A DNA stretch of 64,000 bases from positions 3,844,001 to 3,908,000 of the forward strand of contig JAWMAR010000194.1 in assembly GCA_036785375.1 (NCBI GenBank), in the 5' to 3' direction. The DNA is from Leucoraja ocellata (lineage: Eukaryota). This document shows, piece after piece, positions 1 through 12,382 of this stretch; the stretch's first letter is position 1, and every line of letters starts with the position of its first letter. The position numbers and the translations under genes are program-made. The notes under the pieces are model-generated. The model searched no databases and had not been told where the DNA came from. It saw nothing but the letters and a program-made list of their open reading frames with translations.

Positions 1-149
1 TTTGAATAGCTCTGAAACTAAATCTAAATGACCTTGTATTAACCCATAAATTGCATTTTTTCGAGTTTAAATGGTTAGTTTGAATCCGATGGGTAGCAAA
101 GGATAATGCTAAAGGTACAATGTTATTTGGACACAAAACTAGTCATTGT

Positions 150-870
150 TATACAACACAGAAATGAGCCCTTTCGTCCAGATTGTTCACCAAGCTGCCT
201 TCCTTGGTGAACATTTGCCTCTGTTGGTCAAATGACTCAAAGCATTTCCTATCCATGTACTTCAAATCTTTAGAAACATTGCAATTGCACCCACCACTAC
301 CACATACCATCGCTCTGTGTGAAACAATTGCCTCTTGGGTCTCCTTTAGATTTTTCCATTCTCACCTTGAACCAATGCCTCTAGTTTTATACTTGTCTGA
401 TCCGTGAAAAAGACTGACATGCCCTTCATGATTTTGTGGTCTCCATTCCAACCTCCTTGGTTCAAGGGAAAACAATCCTATCCTTTCCAGTTACTCCTTA
501 TCCTGTACGCATCCACGTAAATCTTTCTCTGCACTCTAGCTTAATCACAAATTTCCTATTTGGTTATGGCCAGAATTGCACATAATACTCGAAGCACAGT
601 CTCACCAATGTCTCGTATGGCTGTAACCAAAGATCAGGCTGTAACAACATTCTGCCTTTCGTACTCTATGCCCTTATCAATGAAAGCCTCTATATGCTTC
701 ACTTTGTCTACCTGTGTCACCAATTTCAGAGAGCTATGTAGTTTTAGGAGTCTACGTTCTACAGTGCCCCCAGAGACAATGTCCTATGTATGTCCAACAA
801 CGGTTTAACATCAAAAAGCATCAATTTGCACCCATCGTCCATTTCTTGGCCCACTTTCCCAGTGGGGAAA
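150..870 (-). mobile_element. Old, degenerate CR1-type LINE 3' fragment
   Basis: Resembles the clearer CR1 copies in this window (gccctttcg..., cccttcatgatttt..., ccagaattgcacataatactc); boundaries approximate. Confidence 0.55.
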
Positions 871-1918
871 CGTAGACTGCGCCTCTGGAACTTAGTAAAA
901 ACATTGTTGCAACCCAGAGAGCAGGTAGTTCATGACAAACCTTAAACATTATTGTGCACAGCCAATATTGTGCATGTGTGCTACATATTGATAGTCAAAG
1001 GGAAGTGCAATTGTCTGGGTACTGGATTAGTCTGGGAATACTTTTGGGCTTTTGTTACACTAATGTAACTGAATACCTCCAACATTTCCATCTGGACAAT
1101 GTACCTCTCTGGTCCAGTCTCAGAAGTGTCTCTGCATGCTCTTGCTTGGTACTCAAAACAATATTGGCTTCTCTTGTTTTTTTGTTTTGTTTTTTAACCT
1201 TTCCAATCTTCCTTAATCTTTACTGAGACCAAATTGTGCATAGAGAATAATGGAATCAATTTGTGGGGGAGGGGTGGGATTAGGAATCCTAATGCTCAAT
1301 TACAGCGTGATGGATAAAATAAAACTTAAACTGAGAGTGACCATGGACAAACAAAACTGACCCGACCTTGGGACATGCAATTGTTTCAAACCAGACCAGA
1401 ATCCCCTGTAAATGGAATATCAACCATAAATTCGATTATTTGAGGGTGAAACATTAATTTATCAGGAATCTCTAATACAGTGTAAATTATCCTGATGTGT
1501 GTGATACTGAGCCAGATCAGGGCTGAGTACGGCACCATTCTTAAATGTGTTTTAGGCACTCAATGTAGGTGAATTATAACGGGCCACACATTTCAGAGCA
1601 GCAGCATTAAGTTAGTGGGGGTTAGGCTGGTTTTCTTTAAACATTGCTCCACAGGAATCAAGACCAGCAAGTTGTAGAGTAGTTACATGGGAGGCAGTTA
1701 GGTTGGGATACTGGTGAGGAGAGAAGCCCAATGTTTGCTGATAACTGGGGATTTGAGGTGTAACGTCCCTTTAAGGGAAAATTGATGTACAATCATAAAC
1801 ATGAGCTGTAATGGGAGAGGATGGTGCTATAGCTTAGATTTCAATACCTCAAAGCAGCCGATGCCCAGAATTACTTCAGCATCAACTGGCCCTTTGGTTA
1901 ATATGCAGGTGTATTTAA

Positions 1919-2237
1919 TAGTTTAGTTTTAGTTTGGAGATACGGCGAGGATACAGGTCCTTCGGCCCACTGAGTCCACACCGACCAGTGATCCCTGCAT
2001 ATTAACACTTTCATACACGCACTAGGAACAATTTACACATACACCAAGCCAATTAACCTACAAACCTGTAAGTCTTTGGAGTGTGGGAGGAAACAGAATA
2101 TCTCTGAGAAAATCCACGAGGTAACGGGGAGGAGGTACAAACTCCGTACAGACAGCACCTGCAGTCGGGATCCACCTGGGTCTCTGGTACTACAAGCGTT
2201 GTAAGGCAGCAACTCTACTGCTGTGGCACCGTGGCCC
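1919..2237 (-). mobile_element. HE1-like tRNA-derived SINE
   Basis: Minus strand has a tRNA-like head (ggccacggtgccacagcagtagagttgctgcctta), the central cctcccacactccaaagac core and a (taaac)n tail; homologous to 56445-56729. Confidence 0.85.
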
Positions 2238-2386
2238 AGAGGGAACTATGGCAGGCAGAGAAACTCAAGGACATTTTTGGCATCTAAGCTTGTGTGCCAT
2301 ACATGGAATGTGGGAGAGACATTGCCAAAAAGTCAGAACATGTGATCTGCTTGCTGGGTAGATTTTAGGATGTGGGCAGCTCACGT

Positions 2387-3710
2387 TATAGGAGTAGAAT
2401 TAGGCCATTCCGCCCATCGAGTCTACTCTGCCATTAATTCATGGCTGATCTCTGCCTCCTAATCCCATTTTCCCGGCCTTCTCCCCATATCCCTTGACAC
2501 CCATTCTAAACAAGAATTTGCCTATCTCTGCCTTAAAAATATCCACTGACTTGGCCTCCACAACCTGCTGTGGCAATGAGTTCCACAGATTAACTACCTG
2601 CTGACTCAAGAAGTTCCTCCTCACCTTTCTAAAAGAACACCCTTTAATTCTGAGGCTTTGACCTCTGGTCCTAAACTCTCCCCCAGTGGAAACATACTAT
2701 CTACATCCACTCTATCTATGCCTTTCATTATTCTGTAAGTTTCAATGAGGTCCCCCCTGAACCTTCTAAACTCCAGCGAGTTGAGGCTGTCAAGCGTTCA
2801 TCATATGCTAACCCACTCATTCCTGGAATCATTCTTGTAAATCACCTCTGGATCCCCTCCAGAGCCAGAACATCCTTCCTCAGATATGGGACCCAAATTT
2901 GCTCACAGTACTCCAAATGTGGCCTGACCAGAACCTATAGAGCCTCAGCATTACATCTGTTTTTGTATTCTAGTCCTCTTGATATAAATGCTAGCATTGA
3001 ATTTGCCTTCCTTACTGCTGATTTGACTTGCAAATTAACCTTTTGGGGGTCCTGCACCAGCACCCAAGTCCCTTTGCTCCGCCAATTTCTGGGTTCTCTC
3101 CCCATTTAGATTCTCTCCCCTATGCCCTTATTCTTATTACTAAAATGCATGACTCCACACTTAGCTACACTGAATTTCATCTGCCACACCTTTGCCCCCT
3201 CTCCTAACCTGTCCAAGTCCTTCTGCATAGTCCTTGCTTCCTCGACACTGCCTGAGCCTCCGCCTATCTTAGCATCATCTGAAAGCCTGGTCACGAAGCC
3301 TGCAAACCCCTTATCCAAATCATTAATATACAACGTAAAGAGGAGCGGCCCAAAAACCGACCCTTGTGGAACTCCACTAGTCACAGGCAGCCAAACTGAA
3401 AAAGTGCCTTTTATTGTAACTCTTTACCTTCTGCCATCCAGCCAACCCGCTATCCATGATAGCATCTTCCCTTTCAAACCATGGGCTCTCATCTTCATTA
3501 GCAGCCTGATTGAAGGGTTTCTGTAAATCTAAGTAAACGACATCTACAGACTCCCCTCTATTAACTTCTTAAAAGAACTCCGGCATATTCGTCAGGCAGA
3601 TCTTCCCTTCACAAAACCATGCTGACTTATTAGTATGGTTACCAGCCTATTTTATCGTGAACTTCTAAGCACTGCGTAACCTCATCCTTTATAATTGACT
3701 CTAAAATATA
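2387..3710 (-). mobile_element. CR1 LINE 3' portion (RT remnant plus 3' UTR)
   Basis: ORF 3106-3384 SGVPQGSVFGPLLFTLYINDLD..DDAKIGG; ORF 2439-2624 FLSQQVVNLWNSLP. Confidence 0.92.
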
Positions 3711-3741
3711 GATTTAAAAAAAAATGTTTTAACAAGTCTTC

Positions 3742-3811
3742 TTTTGGACCCTTCACGGGCAAGCAAATATTTCAGGGACATTTCATTTGCTTGCCCATGA
3801 AGGATCCAAAA
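3742..3811. repeat. Short inverted repeat (27-bp arms, 16-nt loop)
   Basis: ttttggacccttcacgggcaagcaaat / atttgcttgcccatgaaggatccaaaa; 25 of 27 complementary. Confidence 0.9.
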
Positions 3812-4867
3812 TAAATCTCACTGGTTAAACAGCTCGCGTTAATGAATGCAGCATTGAAGTTTTAGTATCATTGATAGATTTCCATTCAATTGCCTGCCTC
3901 ATTCATGGACGAGATGATCAATTGGTGAACTACTCCAGTGACCAGAACTCTGGGAATACACCAAGATCTATGTATATTCCCCTCTTTAGATCAATTTCAA
4001 CTGTACAATTTAGGGTGTTTCTCGCTCTACAGTTTGATAAGCTTATAAGCCTCATGTCAATCTCCGTGCTGTTAGCATGGACCATGCATTGCTGTTTGTA
4101 GACTTCACTGGTTGTTTCTTCTCTGGTCATCCTCATTAGGTCCCATGGTTTTGGAAACTTCATTTGTGCACCTATCCTGGCTGAATTTATGTTGGCCAAA
4201 ATTGTTTCTAGTTTTTTAGCCATGGTGGAATTCATGAAACTGGTGTTGGCTGTAAAGTATAATTTTCATCTAACAGCAGGAGCTTGTTTATCTTCAGTTT
4301 CCAGACTGGGAATATTTCTAAAGCAGAGATTAACACACTGACCCAAAAACTTTGTTTTGCTGCTCTGTGTTGCCTAAATTAATCGGTCTCTTTGTGGTTC
4401 ATCTTTTAATGCATCAGTGAATCGTGTAATGATTAAAAGGGGAGAGTAAATGCACGTTTCAATGTTTCTTGCATTTTACACCGTTGTCTTGTGTCTTATC
4501 GTTTCTTGCAAAACGGAGGCGATTTCATGTGGGCTGTGGGCAATCCCAGGTTAAGTTTTAGAATGTGTCATCCCATTTTATATGTGAAGTAGTAACAATG
4601 TTCTTTATGTAACAGCATGATGTTTGTAGTGATGAGACTGCCTGCTATGCCACTGACTTGGTTAGTTAGCTTTTCTCTGCTTCATGGAGACTTCTCCCTC
4701 TGTCTTGCATTCCATCTTAAAACGTATTGTTAAATTACAGGTGGTTTAACATTTTTTTGAAGCTCTACTTTAATGGGCTTATTTAAGAGGTGAATGCTCA
4801 TTTTGGCATGGCTCCTAATTTAAAATGTGAAATAATGAAGAAGTTGAATGTTGTCTGGACTGAAGTA

Positions 4868-5067
4868 CAGATGCGCCCCAATTTACTATGCTTTGACTTA
4901 CGATATCTCGACTCTAGGATGGTGCAAATGCTCGGCAATGGCAGCGAGCCGCACATCGCTTCCGGTCATGTGATCAAATTGTATTAAATGTGTTTTCGAC
5001 TTACGATATTCTCGATTTGGGTTGGGTTTATCGGAACGTAACCCCATCGTAGGTTGAGTAGCAGCTG
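4868..5067. mobile_element. Tigger/pogo-type (Tc1-mariner superfamily) MITE
   Basis: TA|cagatgcgccccaatttacta ... tcgtaggttgagtagcagctg|TA; imperfect TIRs, TA flanks and repeated gacttacga motifs. Confidence 0.75.
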
Positions 5068-5702
5068 TATGTGAATTGTGTATCGTCTCTTAGCCCTCGG
5101 GAATACCGTTTTTGTTTTCCCCCAAGTGTTGAACATATTTTGCTACCATCTTTGTGTAAAGGAAGGCTAGTATTCTGTATCTCCTAACTGGTCCTCTAGT
5201 TCATCATTCTTGAGTATCCCAGTTGTCTGTGGTTCTATTTGCATGTAGGTGTAGCCATTGTGTATTCTCCAAGGAATCGGTGATTACAGCTCATTGTTCT
5301 AGTCTCCAGTGTTCTTTGGTCATGGTGAATAAAATCTGTTGGAGCAGTTTGATAAACTGCTGCTTGTTGCTCTGAAATCAAATTTGATCCAAGTGCAAGG
5401 TTCCTGTTTCACGATTACATTTGTTGAAATTTAGATTTATTTTGTTCTGTTTTTTGATTTGCATTAGCCTTATACACCCCCCCCCACCCTCTCTTTCAAT
5501 CCTTTCACCCCTTCTTTCTGCCTTCCTCTCTTCCCTTCCTCTTTATTACTCTATCCCCAAGAGAAAGTATGTGTTTCTGCGAAGTTATTTTTCCCAACTC
5601 GCCATGTCCATCTGCATATCTTTTGTTATGTGTACTTGCCTGCTTTTCTGTCCTTTTCTCTACCCTGTGACCATTCTTTGCTTCACTTTTGCTTCCTCTT
5701 CA

Positions 5703-6810
5703 AAGTCATATTGCATGGAAAAAGGCCCTTCAACCCAACTCGTCCATGCCGGTCATCTAAGCTAGTTCCATTTGTGTGCTTTGGTCCCTACCCCTCTAAA
5801 CCTTTCCTTTCCATGTACCTGTCTAAGTGTCTTTTTTTTTTAATATTGTGATTATACCTGACTCGACTATCTCCTCTGGCAGCTCATTCCAAATGCCCTT
5901 CACGCTCTGAGTGGAAAAAATTGCCCCTCAGGTTCATATTAAATCTTTCCAATTTCACCTTAAACCTATGTCTTCTGGTTCTTGAACATCCACCCTTGGT
6001 TTAAAAAAAAACTCTCCATTCATCCTATCTATTCCCTTCATGGTTTTATACACTGAAGAAATTGACATAGTTTGCCCAATCTCCCTTGAGTCCTGGTAAT
6101 TTCTTCACAATCTAAATCCAAATTTTATTAGTTATTTATGTTATGACATCGGTTGGAAGCTGCATACCAAATCTTGTTGCGCTTGTGTGCAATGACAATA
6201 AAATATTATTATTACAAATCCCTTCTGTACTCTTTCCAGCTTAAATACATCCTTCCTATTAGCAGAGTGACAAGACTGAATGTACTACTTCAAATGTAGC
6301 CTCACCATACATCTTGTACAACTGTTACAACCTCCCAACTTCTCTACTCACTAGCCTGACTAATAAAGGCCAATGTGCCAAAAGTCACCTTAGCCATCCA
6401 ATCTACCTGTGACACCACTTTCGGGGAACTGTTCACCTGTACTCCTAGATCCCTCTGGTCTCCACCCCCCTTCCAGGTCATACCATTCATTGTGAAGGTC
6501 TTGCCCTGGTTTGACTTCCAAGAATGCTACACCTCACACTTACCTCCATTAGCCATTTTTCAGCCCACCTGCCAAGCTGGTCAAGATCCAAATGCATATC
6601 TATCGTATCCCTCAGAATCTTTTTCCGTAACTTAGCTACTCCAGATTAACATCTTGCTGGTCTATAGCTCCCAGGGTTTTATTTGCAGCCCTTCTTAAAA
6701 TAGAGGCTCAACACCCTCCGGCACCTCACCCGTGCCTAACGATATTCATATCTCTCTGTCGGGGCCCCTGCAATTTCCTCTGATAGACCTGATCAGGCCC
6801 AGGGGATTTG
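5703..6810 (-). mobile_element. Degenerate CR1 LINE fragments, with a short Rex/L2-type 3' tail inserted near 6115-6215
   Basis: CR1 tail (ggcccttcaaccc), RT C-terminal remnants, and a nested gcaatgacaataaa(att)n tail. Confidence 0.6.
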
Positions 6811-7304
6811 TCTTTCTCCATCTTGATTGCACCTCACCGACTACTTTGCTGTTCCTTCTGTCCCTTTCACTCTACTGTTATTCTGCATCTCATTTCTTGT
6901 TTCCTCCTTCGTCTTCTTGCTTGCGGTACTTCGATAGGAATTTGCAGTGTTCTTCCCTCGTGCTCCTTGCTCTTGCCGAAAATGGTGCAGATAAACTCCA
7001 CGCTCTCTAGAACATGAATTATTGGTATAGTTTTACCAGTTTGTATTAATTGATTTTTAGCATTTTTCTATCCTGTTTGTTTTCGTGTGCGAAACCATTC
7101 TTTTGGTCAAGGAGTAAAATGGCACTACAGTTATACTTTCAAGTGCTTGCATTATAATTGTACACTTATCTTGCTGCCATATGGGTTTCTAAATGTATCC
7201 ATGTTTGGAATAAGTTTGTTGTTTGGAAATTAATTTAGCAAAATGCAACATTTTCAAGGGAACAAAAGATCTGATATTTAAAATTACAAACTTCTTTGTT
7301 GCAG

Positions 7305-7363
7305 AATTGATCATTGAGGTAATAAAGCAGAACTACCAACACGTTCTTCAGGAGTATCAAGAG
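7305..7363 (+). CDS. PROM1: Prominin-1 exon, 59 nt (LIIEVIKQNYQHVLQEYQE), N-terminal extracellular domain
   Basis: Acceptor ttgttgcag| and donor |gtaatg; phase 1 to 0; position matches the second coding exon. Confidence 0.85.
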
Positions 7364-7672
7364 GTAATGGTTAATGAGGCAGTCTGCTCCATTCTCCAAT
7401 ATTTGACCATGCTATTTCTTAGTTTTTAAACTTAAATTTATTTTTGTATTTATGGTGAGGTAGAACATTGTGACGATGCTTGGGTCTGAAATAGTGTTTT
7501 GATTGGTTGTCATTGTCCCGTTTTTGTTTTTTTTTAAACTATTTCTTCTTTAGCATATTTGCTTTTGTGTCCATGTAGTGCACATATAGCTGGATATTTG
7601 AATTTTGCTTGTTTCTTTTTGTTCTGCATGCATCATTAAACCTGCTTACATGCATCTACTTTCGCTACACAG

Positions 7673-7699
7673 TCAGAAAATGTTGTTCTGATGCTACAG
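7673..7699 (+). CDS. PROM1: Prominin-1 27-nt facultative microexon (SENVVLMLQ)
   Basis: tacacag|TCAGAAAATGTTGTTCTGATGCTACAG|gtacat; phase 0-0; aligns with the human alternative exon peptide PETVILGLK. Confidence 0.88.
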
Positions 7700-8120
7700 G
7701 TACATTTATTCCTTTGTGAATTCATTTTTTAAATTAATAGATGGATTAAAACTGCATACTGATCCCTCTCTATTTTTAAATGAAGTGTTGTGATAAATTT
7801 TACTTTTATTTAAATAACCTGGTTATTTTCAAATTGATTTAAATCATTGATTCTTTTTTGTTGTATAAGCTGGAGAAATAATGGGTGAACGGTGTGGATT
7901 GGTCCTTGTGACTGGGATATCTTGGGCCACACAGGAGGAGGACAGGGAGAGGGGCAGGACTAGTAGCTTGGTGATCCAGTTTAGATACTGCAAGTGTGAT
8001 AGTGCAGGTCTTCTTCTTTCGAGTCCAACTTGTTACGTTGACCTTGCTGTCGTCGTCTGTTCCGAAAAGGACGTAAGCTTCTGGCAACAATCGGTGTGAG
8101 CCTTCTTTGTCACAAGAGAT

Positions 8121-8681
8121 CAGGGTTCGGCAACTTACGACCCTCGGGCCCAATGCGGCCCGTAACCCGAAATCATCTGGCCCGCAGGCGTAATTTTTCC
8201 CCCGTAAATATCCGGACTGCAGACGGTACCTCCCGAGGCCGAGGGCCCAGGTGCGATGACACATGAATGCAAGGAGGCCTGCGCTGGTGGCCACAATGGA
8301 AGATGCGGCGAGCGCCAAGCTCTGGCTGTACTGCATCCTGCGCCGGCAAGGACGCACGCCTTCTGTGTCTGGGCTTCACTGTTGGGATCGGGGTTGTCAA
8401 TAGGCCGGGGACGGATGAGTGTGAGTATTTGAGCCACTGTCTTCAGGACAGAGCCAAGGCAATGGTCCGTAGGTACGCCACGTTCGTGAGCGCCCGTAAT
8501 TAGGGGCCAGTGTGTTGGGTGGCATCCTCGAAGGGGCAGGATCTATGTGAACACGTGATTTGATGGCTGCCATCCGGGGAGGGATGAGGGTGGGATCCAT
8601 GTGTACACGTGATAGATGTGGCCCGCCATCTACTCACAGACATGCGTCCTGGCCCCTATACAGAAAGGCTACCGTCCTCTG
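8121..8681. mobile_element. Non-autonomous hAT (Charlie-type) DNA transposon
   Basis: Ends cagggttcggcaactt... and ...aaggctaccgtcctctg; subterminal ggcccg repeats; 8-bp flanks caagagat/caatagag (6 of 8 match); CpG-rich interior. Confidence 0.75.
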
Positions 8682-9129
8682 CAATAGAGGTTGTTGGTAG
8701 CAGAATTAGCTCAGGATTCTTCCAATTTCCAGCCCCGCGACGGGATGCTTCATAGTTGCAGGTGAGAGAGAAGGAAGGGGGGAGGAGTTACATTTTTGAC
8801 GAGGTTACTTGACTACTTCCAGATTCAGGGACAGTTTCTTCCATTGTAATCAGGTATGGTCTTTACGCTGACTTTATAGCGAGCAACACAAAGCTTTTCA
8901 CTGTTCCTGTGAGAATAAACAAAACTAAAATAAGATGTTCTTGGGGATAGTCCAGTGAGGCTATATGGGTGGAACAACTCGGAAATAAGAAGGGATGTTT
9001 ACTTTGATTGGATTGTATTTTAGACTCGCCATTATTCAGTGGGAATTGGATGAGCAAATATATAGGGAAGAACAATAAGAAATGAAGCAATGCATTTAAG
9101 GAAAATCAGGCGGGGGTGGGGGGGGGGGG

Positions 9130-10030
9130 CAAGACAAGGACATGAGAATGCTCTGACAGACGAGATAAAGGAACATTCTATGATTCTACATTTATATTAA
9201 GACCTTGTGGGTAAAAGGAGGGAATAAGCCCCTTAAGGATAAACTTGGGGTCCTTGTATCAAGCCCCAGAAGATGGATCGGATGTTAGTAAATACTTATC
9301 TGCATTTACTTTGAGAAGGTCAATGAGGGAAAGGAATTGAGGGAAATCAGTATTAATCTGTTGGACCATCAGTCTCCAAGGTCTGACCAAGTATGTCCTC
9401 TGCAATTGTAGAAAGCTAGGGAAGAAATTCCTGCCACCCTGGCAGAGATTTTTAATCATATTCTGTCATATGGAGATACTTGAAAATTGGGGATTAGCCA
9501 ATGTTATCACTTTAAGAAGGGCTGTGAGGACAAGTGGGGAACTAAAGGCCAGCCATCATTAGTCACTGGAGGGGATTCTGACAGGCAAGATCTACCAGTA
9601 CTTGGATAGGGGATTGATTAGGAATTTTTCAGCATGGCTTTGTGCATAGGAAATCATGTCTCACAAATGTGATAGAGTTTAGATGGGATCACCGAAATGA
9701 TTATGGACAGGGTGGTGGAGGTTGTCATTTTTTGGACAAGCAAGATCTTAAAGTTCTTGTGTTAGGCTAGTCTAGAAAGATAGATCATGAGATGAAGGCT
9801 AAATTGGCTTGGTGGAAGAAGTCAGAGGGTTATAGTGGAGTGTCTTGTTTCCTTAGTTGGGTTGTAGTGTGGAGAGGAGTGTTTTTCTGATTGGAGTCCT
9901 GTGACCAGTTGTATGGCACAGGAATCTGTGCTGGGTGCCCTGTTATTTGTCATCGATTTTTCACAATTTGGTTGACATAATTAATGTGATTAGCATATTT
10001 GCAGATGATGCCCAAATTGTAGAAATATAC
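9130..10030 (+). mobile_element. Old CR1 LINE ORF2 fragment
   Basis: Degenerate QHGF..KSCLTN and VAQESVLG..FADDAQI readings. Confidence 0.65.
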
Positions 10031-10219
10031 TGATAAGGGGATAAAAAGGTCATTGAGGATAGCTAGGAATGCATAGTTAAGGTTACAATCCAACCATCTG
10101 AATGACTGAACAGACTCTAGTTGTCTCTTAAATTTAAGAGACATATGAAAGATATGGTTAAATAAAGATGAGATGTCTATTCGCTGCAATCCTCTAAACT
10201 AACAGGAAACTTCATGGGA

Positions 10220-10495
10220 AGAGACAAAGCACTGGAGTAACTCAATGGGCCAGGCAGCAATTCTGGAAAATGATCAGAGATGAAAAGACGAATAATGTGA
10301 GATAAGGAGATATTGTGAAATGCGAGGGGAAAGAATATAGGTGGAAGGCGCGTGGGCAAGGGAAGGGGAACATGGGTGCAAATGGGCACAGGTAAGAGGG
10401 AGAATAAACTGGCGTGAGGGGGGGGGGGGGGGGGAAGAGACAGGGAAGGTGTTCGAAGGTTACCTAAAATTGGCGAAATTGATGTTTATGGGTTA
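10220..10495 (-). mobile_element. Penelope-like element terminal remnant
   Basis: ctggagtaactca...caggcagca module plus the ttacctaaaattggcgaaattgatgtt end shared with other copies. Confidence 0.55.
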
Positions 10496-10757
10496 TTTTC
10501 CTCCATTCCTATCTTTGCGTTACACGGTACTGAATAACTGCTATTCTCATTTGTTTATAATGAAGTGCATATTATTTAATATTGGTAACAAGCTTCTTAG
10601 ACATACTGAATCTAACTGGTGTGTGCTATGCATTTATTACCTACATAATTTTAAGTGTATTCTTCAACTTCTAGCTAAGAGGAAGGTTTAAGTGTTCTGT
10701 AATTTTTGATGTGACTTCTATCACGATAAACCTGTCAATATTTTCTTTCTGAAACAG

Positions 10758-10963
10758 ATAATCTACTATGAGATTGGTTTCATCATCTGTGCAGCTTTGG
10801 GAATTGTGTTTATACTGCTCATGCCTATTTTGGGCCTGTGTTTCTGCATGTGCCGTTGCTGTGACAACTGTGGAGGGGAGCTGCACCAGCGGCAGAAGAA
10901 AAATACTGATTGCAGAAGAAGCTGCTTTGCAACATCCTTGCTGCTTGTAACGGTACTTATAAC
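10758..10963 (+). CDS. PROM1: Prominin-1 exon, 206 nt: TM1, Cys-rich loop and start of TM2
   Basis: aacag|ATAATC...ATAAC|gtaagt; IIYYEIGFIICAALGIVFILLMPILGLCFCMCRCCDNCGGELHQRQKKNTDCRRSCFATSLLLVTVLI. Confidence 0.97.
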
Positions 10964-11787
10964 GTAAGTTCAAATGGCAACACCGTCTTGCGGAGAATGT
11001 TGGTCTTTGCATTGATGGCACTTGGTTGTTAAGTAGGACACCTAATTGAAGCAGTTGATGCTCTTTCCCCTCTGGTATCAACTTAAGAATAGCACCAGGG
11101 GTAGCTGTGCCTTTTAAATCTCCTGTGCTATCTGTTAGATCATGGGCTCAACTACAAAAACCTCTCATTTATTCAATGATTCAGGCTCTCTGCATTCTGG
11201 AATAGAGATTATCAGATTCATAACCCCAATTGAAAACAAAATCATCCTGGTCTGTGCAATCTTATATTCTCAAATTTGGTGGAATGATGGAAAACATCCT
11301 TTTCACATCTTTTTCTATTTTGTCCACTCAGAATCGTGCATGTCTCAATAAGGTTCTTCGACAGACTGAATGATTTGTTCTTCCAAACCTAAGTGAGAAT
11401 AGGCTTAATCTGCTCACTTCCTCTTCATGGCAACCCATTAAATCCATTGAACTAGTGAATATTCTCTGATCTGATATCAATCCAAGTAAATCCCTCTAAG
11501 GAAACCGAACTCTGCACGATTTACCAGGGGTGTAAGGTTGCAGTAAGATATCCCTCCTTTTGCAACTAATTCTCATTGCATGGAAAGACCAATTGCATTG
11601 CTTTCAAATTTGCTGCAGCAGCATGTTAATCTTGTGCTCAATGTACAAGCCTCCACGGAGCTTTTTCTAGAATCTAGGCATATTTGGAAGACCCCAATCC
11701 GTGGATCTGCTTTTTGCGCAATTACTTAGTTCCAGAGGACTTGATTACTATTGGTGTCATCAATTTAGTTAATATTTTACCTAAATA

Positions 11788-11940
11788 GGAACTGCAGACG
11801 CAGGTTTAAATAGAAGAAAGACACAAAATGCTGAAGTAACTCAGTGGGACAGGCAGCATCTCTGGAGAGAAGGAATGGGTAATGTTTTGGGTCGAGACCG
11901 TTCTTCAGGCTGATTCGGGTTGAGACCCTTCAGACTGATA
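11788..11940 (-). repeat. Penelope-derived terminal module with hammerhead-like core
   Basis: Reverse complement of ctgaagaa.ggtctcgacccaaaac...ctgagttacttcagcattttgtgtc; the core is partly duplicated. Confidence 0.8.
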
Positions 11941-12169
11941 ACTAATTCTGACTGATTAAATAATTCATATTTTAGTTTTTTTTTCCCCATTCCCTCATTG
12001 TGTTTTGACTTTTATTCATGAATGCTTTTAGTTTTCTAATTTTTTTTATTAGCTTTACGATGTCCTTCCTATTTCAGTAATGATTTAATTACCGATTCAG
12101 AAACTAGAGGTTGATGCTCGATGCTTTGTGCCAGAGCTGCACATTGCTACAATGTGATGTGCAATATCA

Positions 12170-12382
12170 CCTTCCCCTCTGCTAACAATGTACCATTCTA
12201 CATTTCCTTGGTCATTATCCCCTTTGATCTGTGTTTTCACACCGTATTCTTCCATATTTGTCTCCCTTTCCCCTGACTCTCAGGCTGAAGAAAGGTCTCG
12301 ACCCAAAACTTCACCCATTCCTTCTCTCCAGAGATGCTGCCTGTCCCGCTGAGTTACTTCAGCATTTTGTGTCTATCTTCAA
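12170..12382 (+). repeat. Penelope-derived terminal module with hammerhead-like core
   Basis: ctgaagaaaggtctcgacccaaaac...gctgagttacttcagcattttgtgtct. Confidence 0.8.

Noticed and set aside
2150-2237. tRNA gene
   Set aside because: It is the degenerate tRNA-derived head of a SINE, continuous with the SINE body and tail. The same applies to 56445-56500.
3930-4235. 101-aa minus-strand ORF as a nested gene or exon
   Set aside because: No recognisable domain or convincing splice context; it may be an unrecognised repeat remnant.
7839-8600. Cluster of overlapping ORFs (up to 172 aa) as a novel gene
   Set aside because: Explained by stop-poor GC-rich sequence of the hAT element; no protein motifs.
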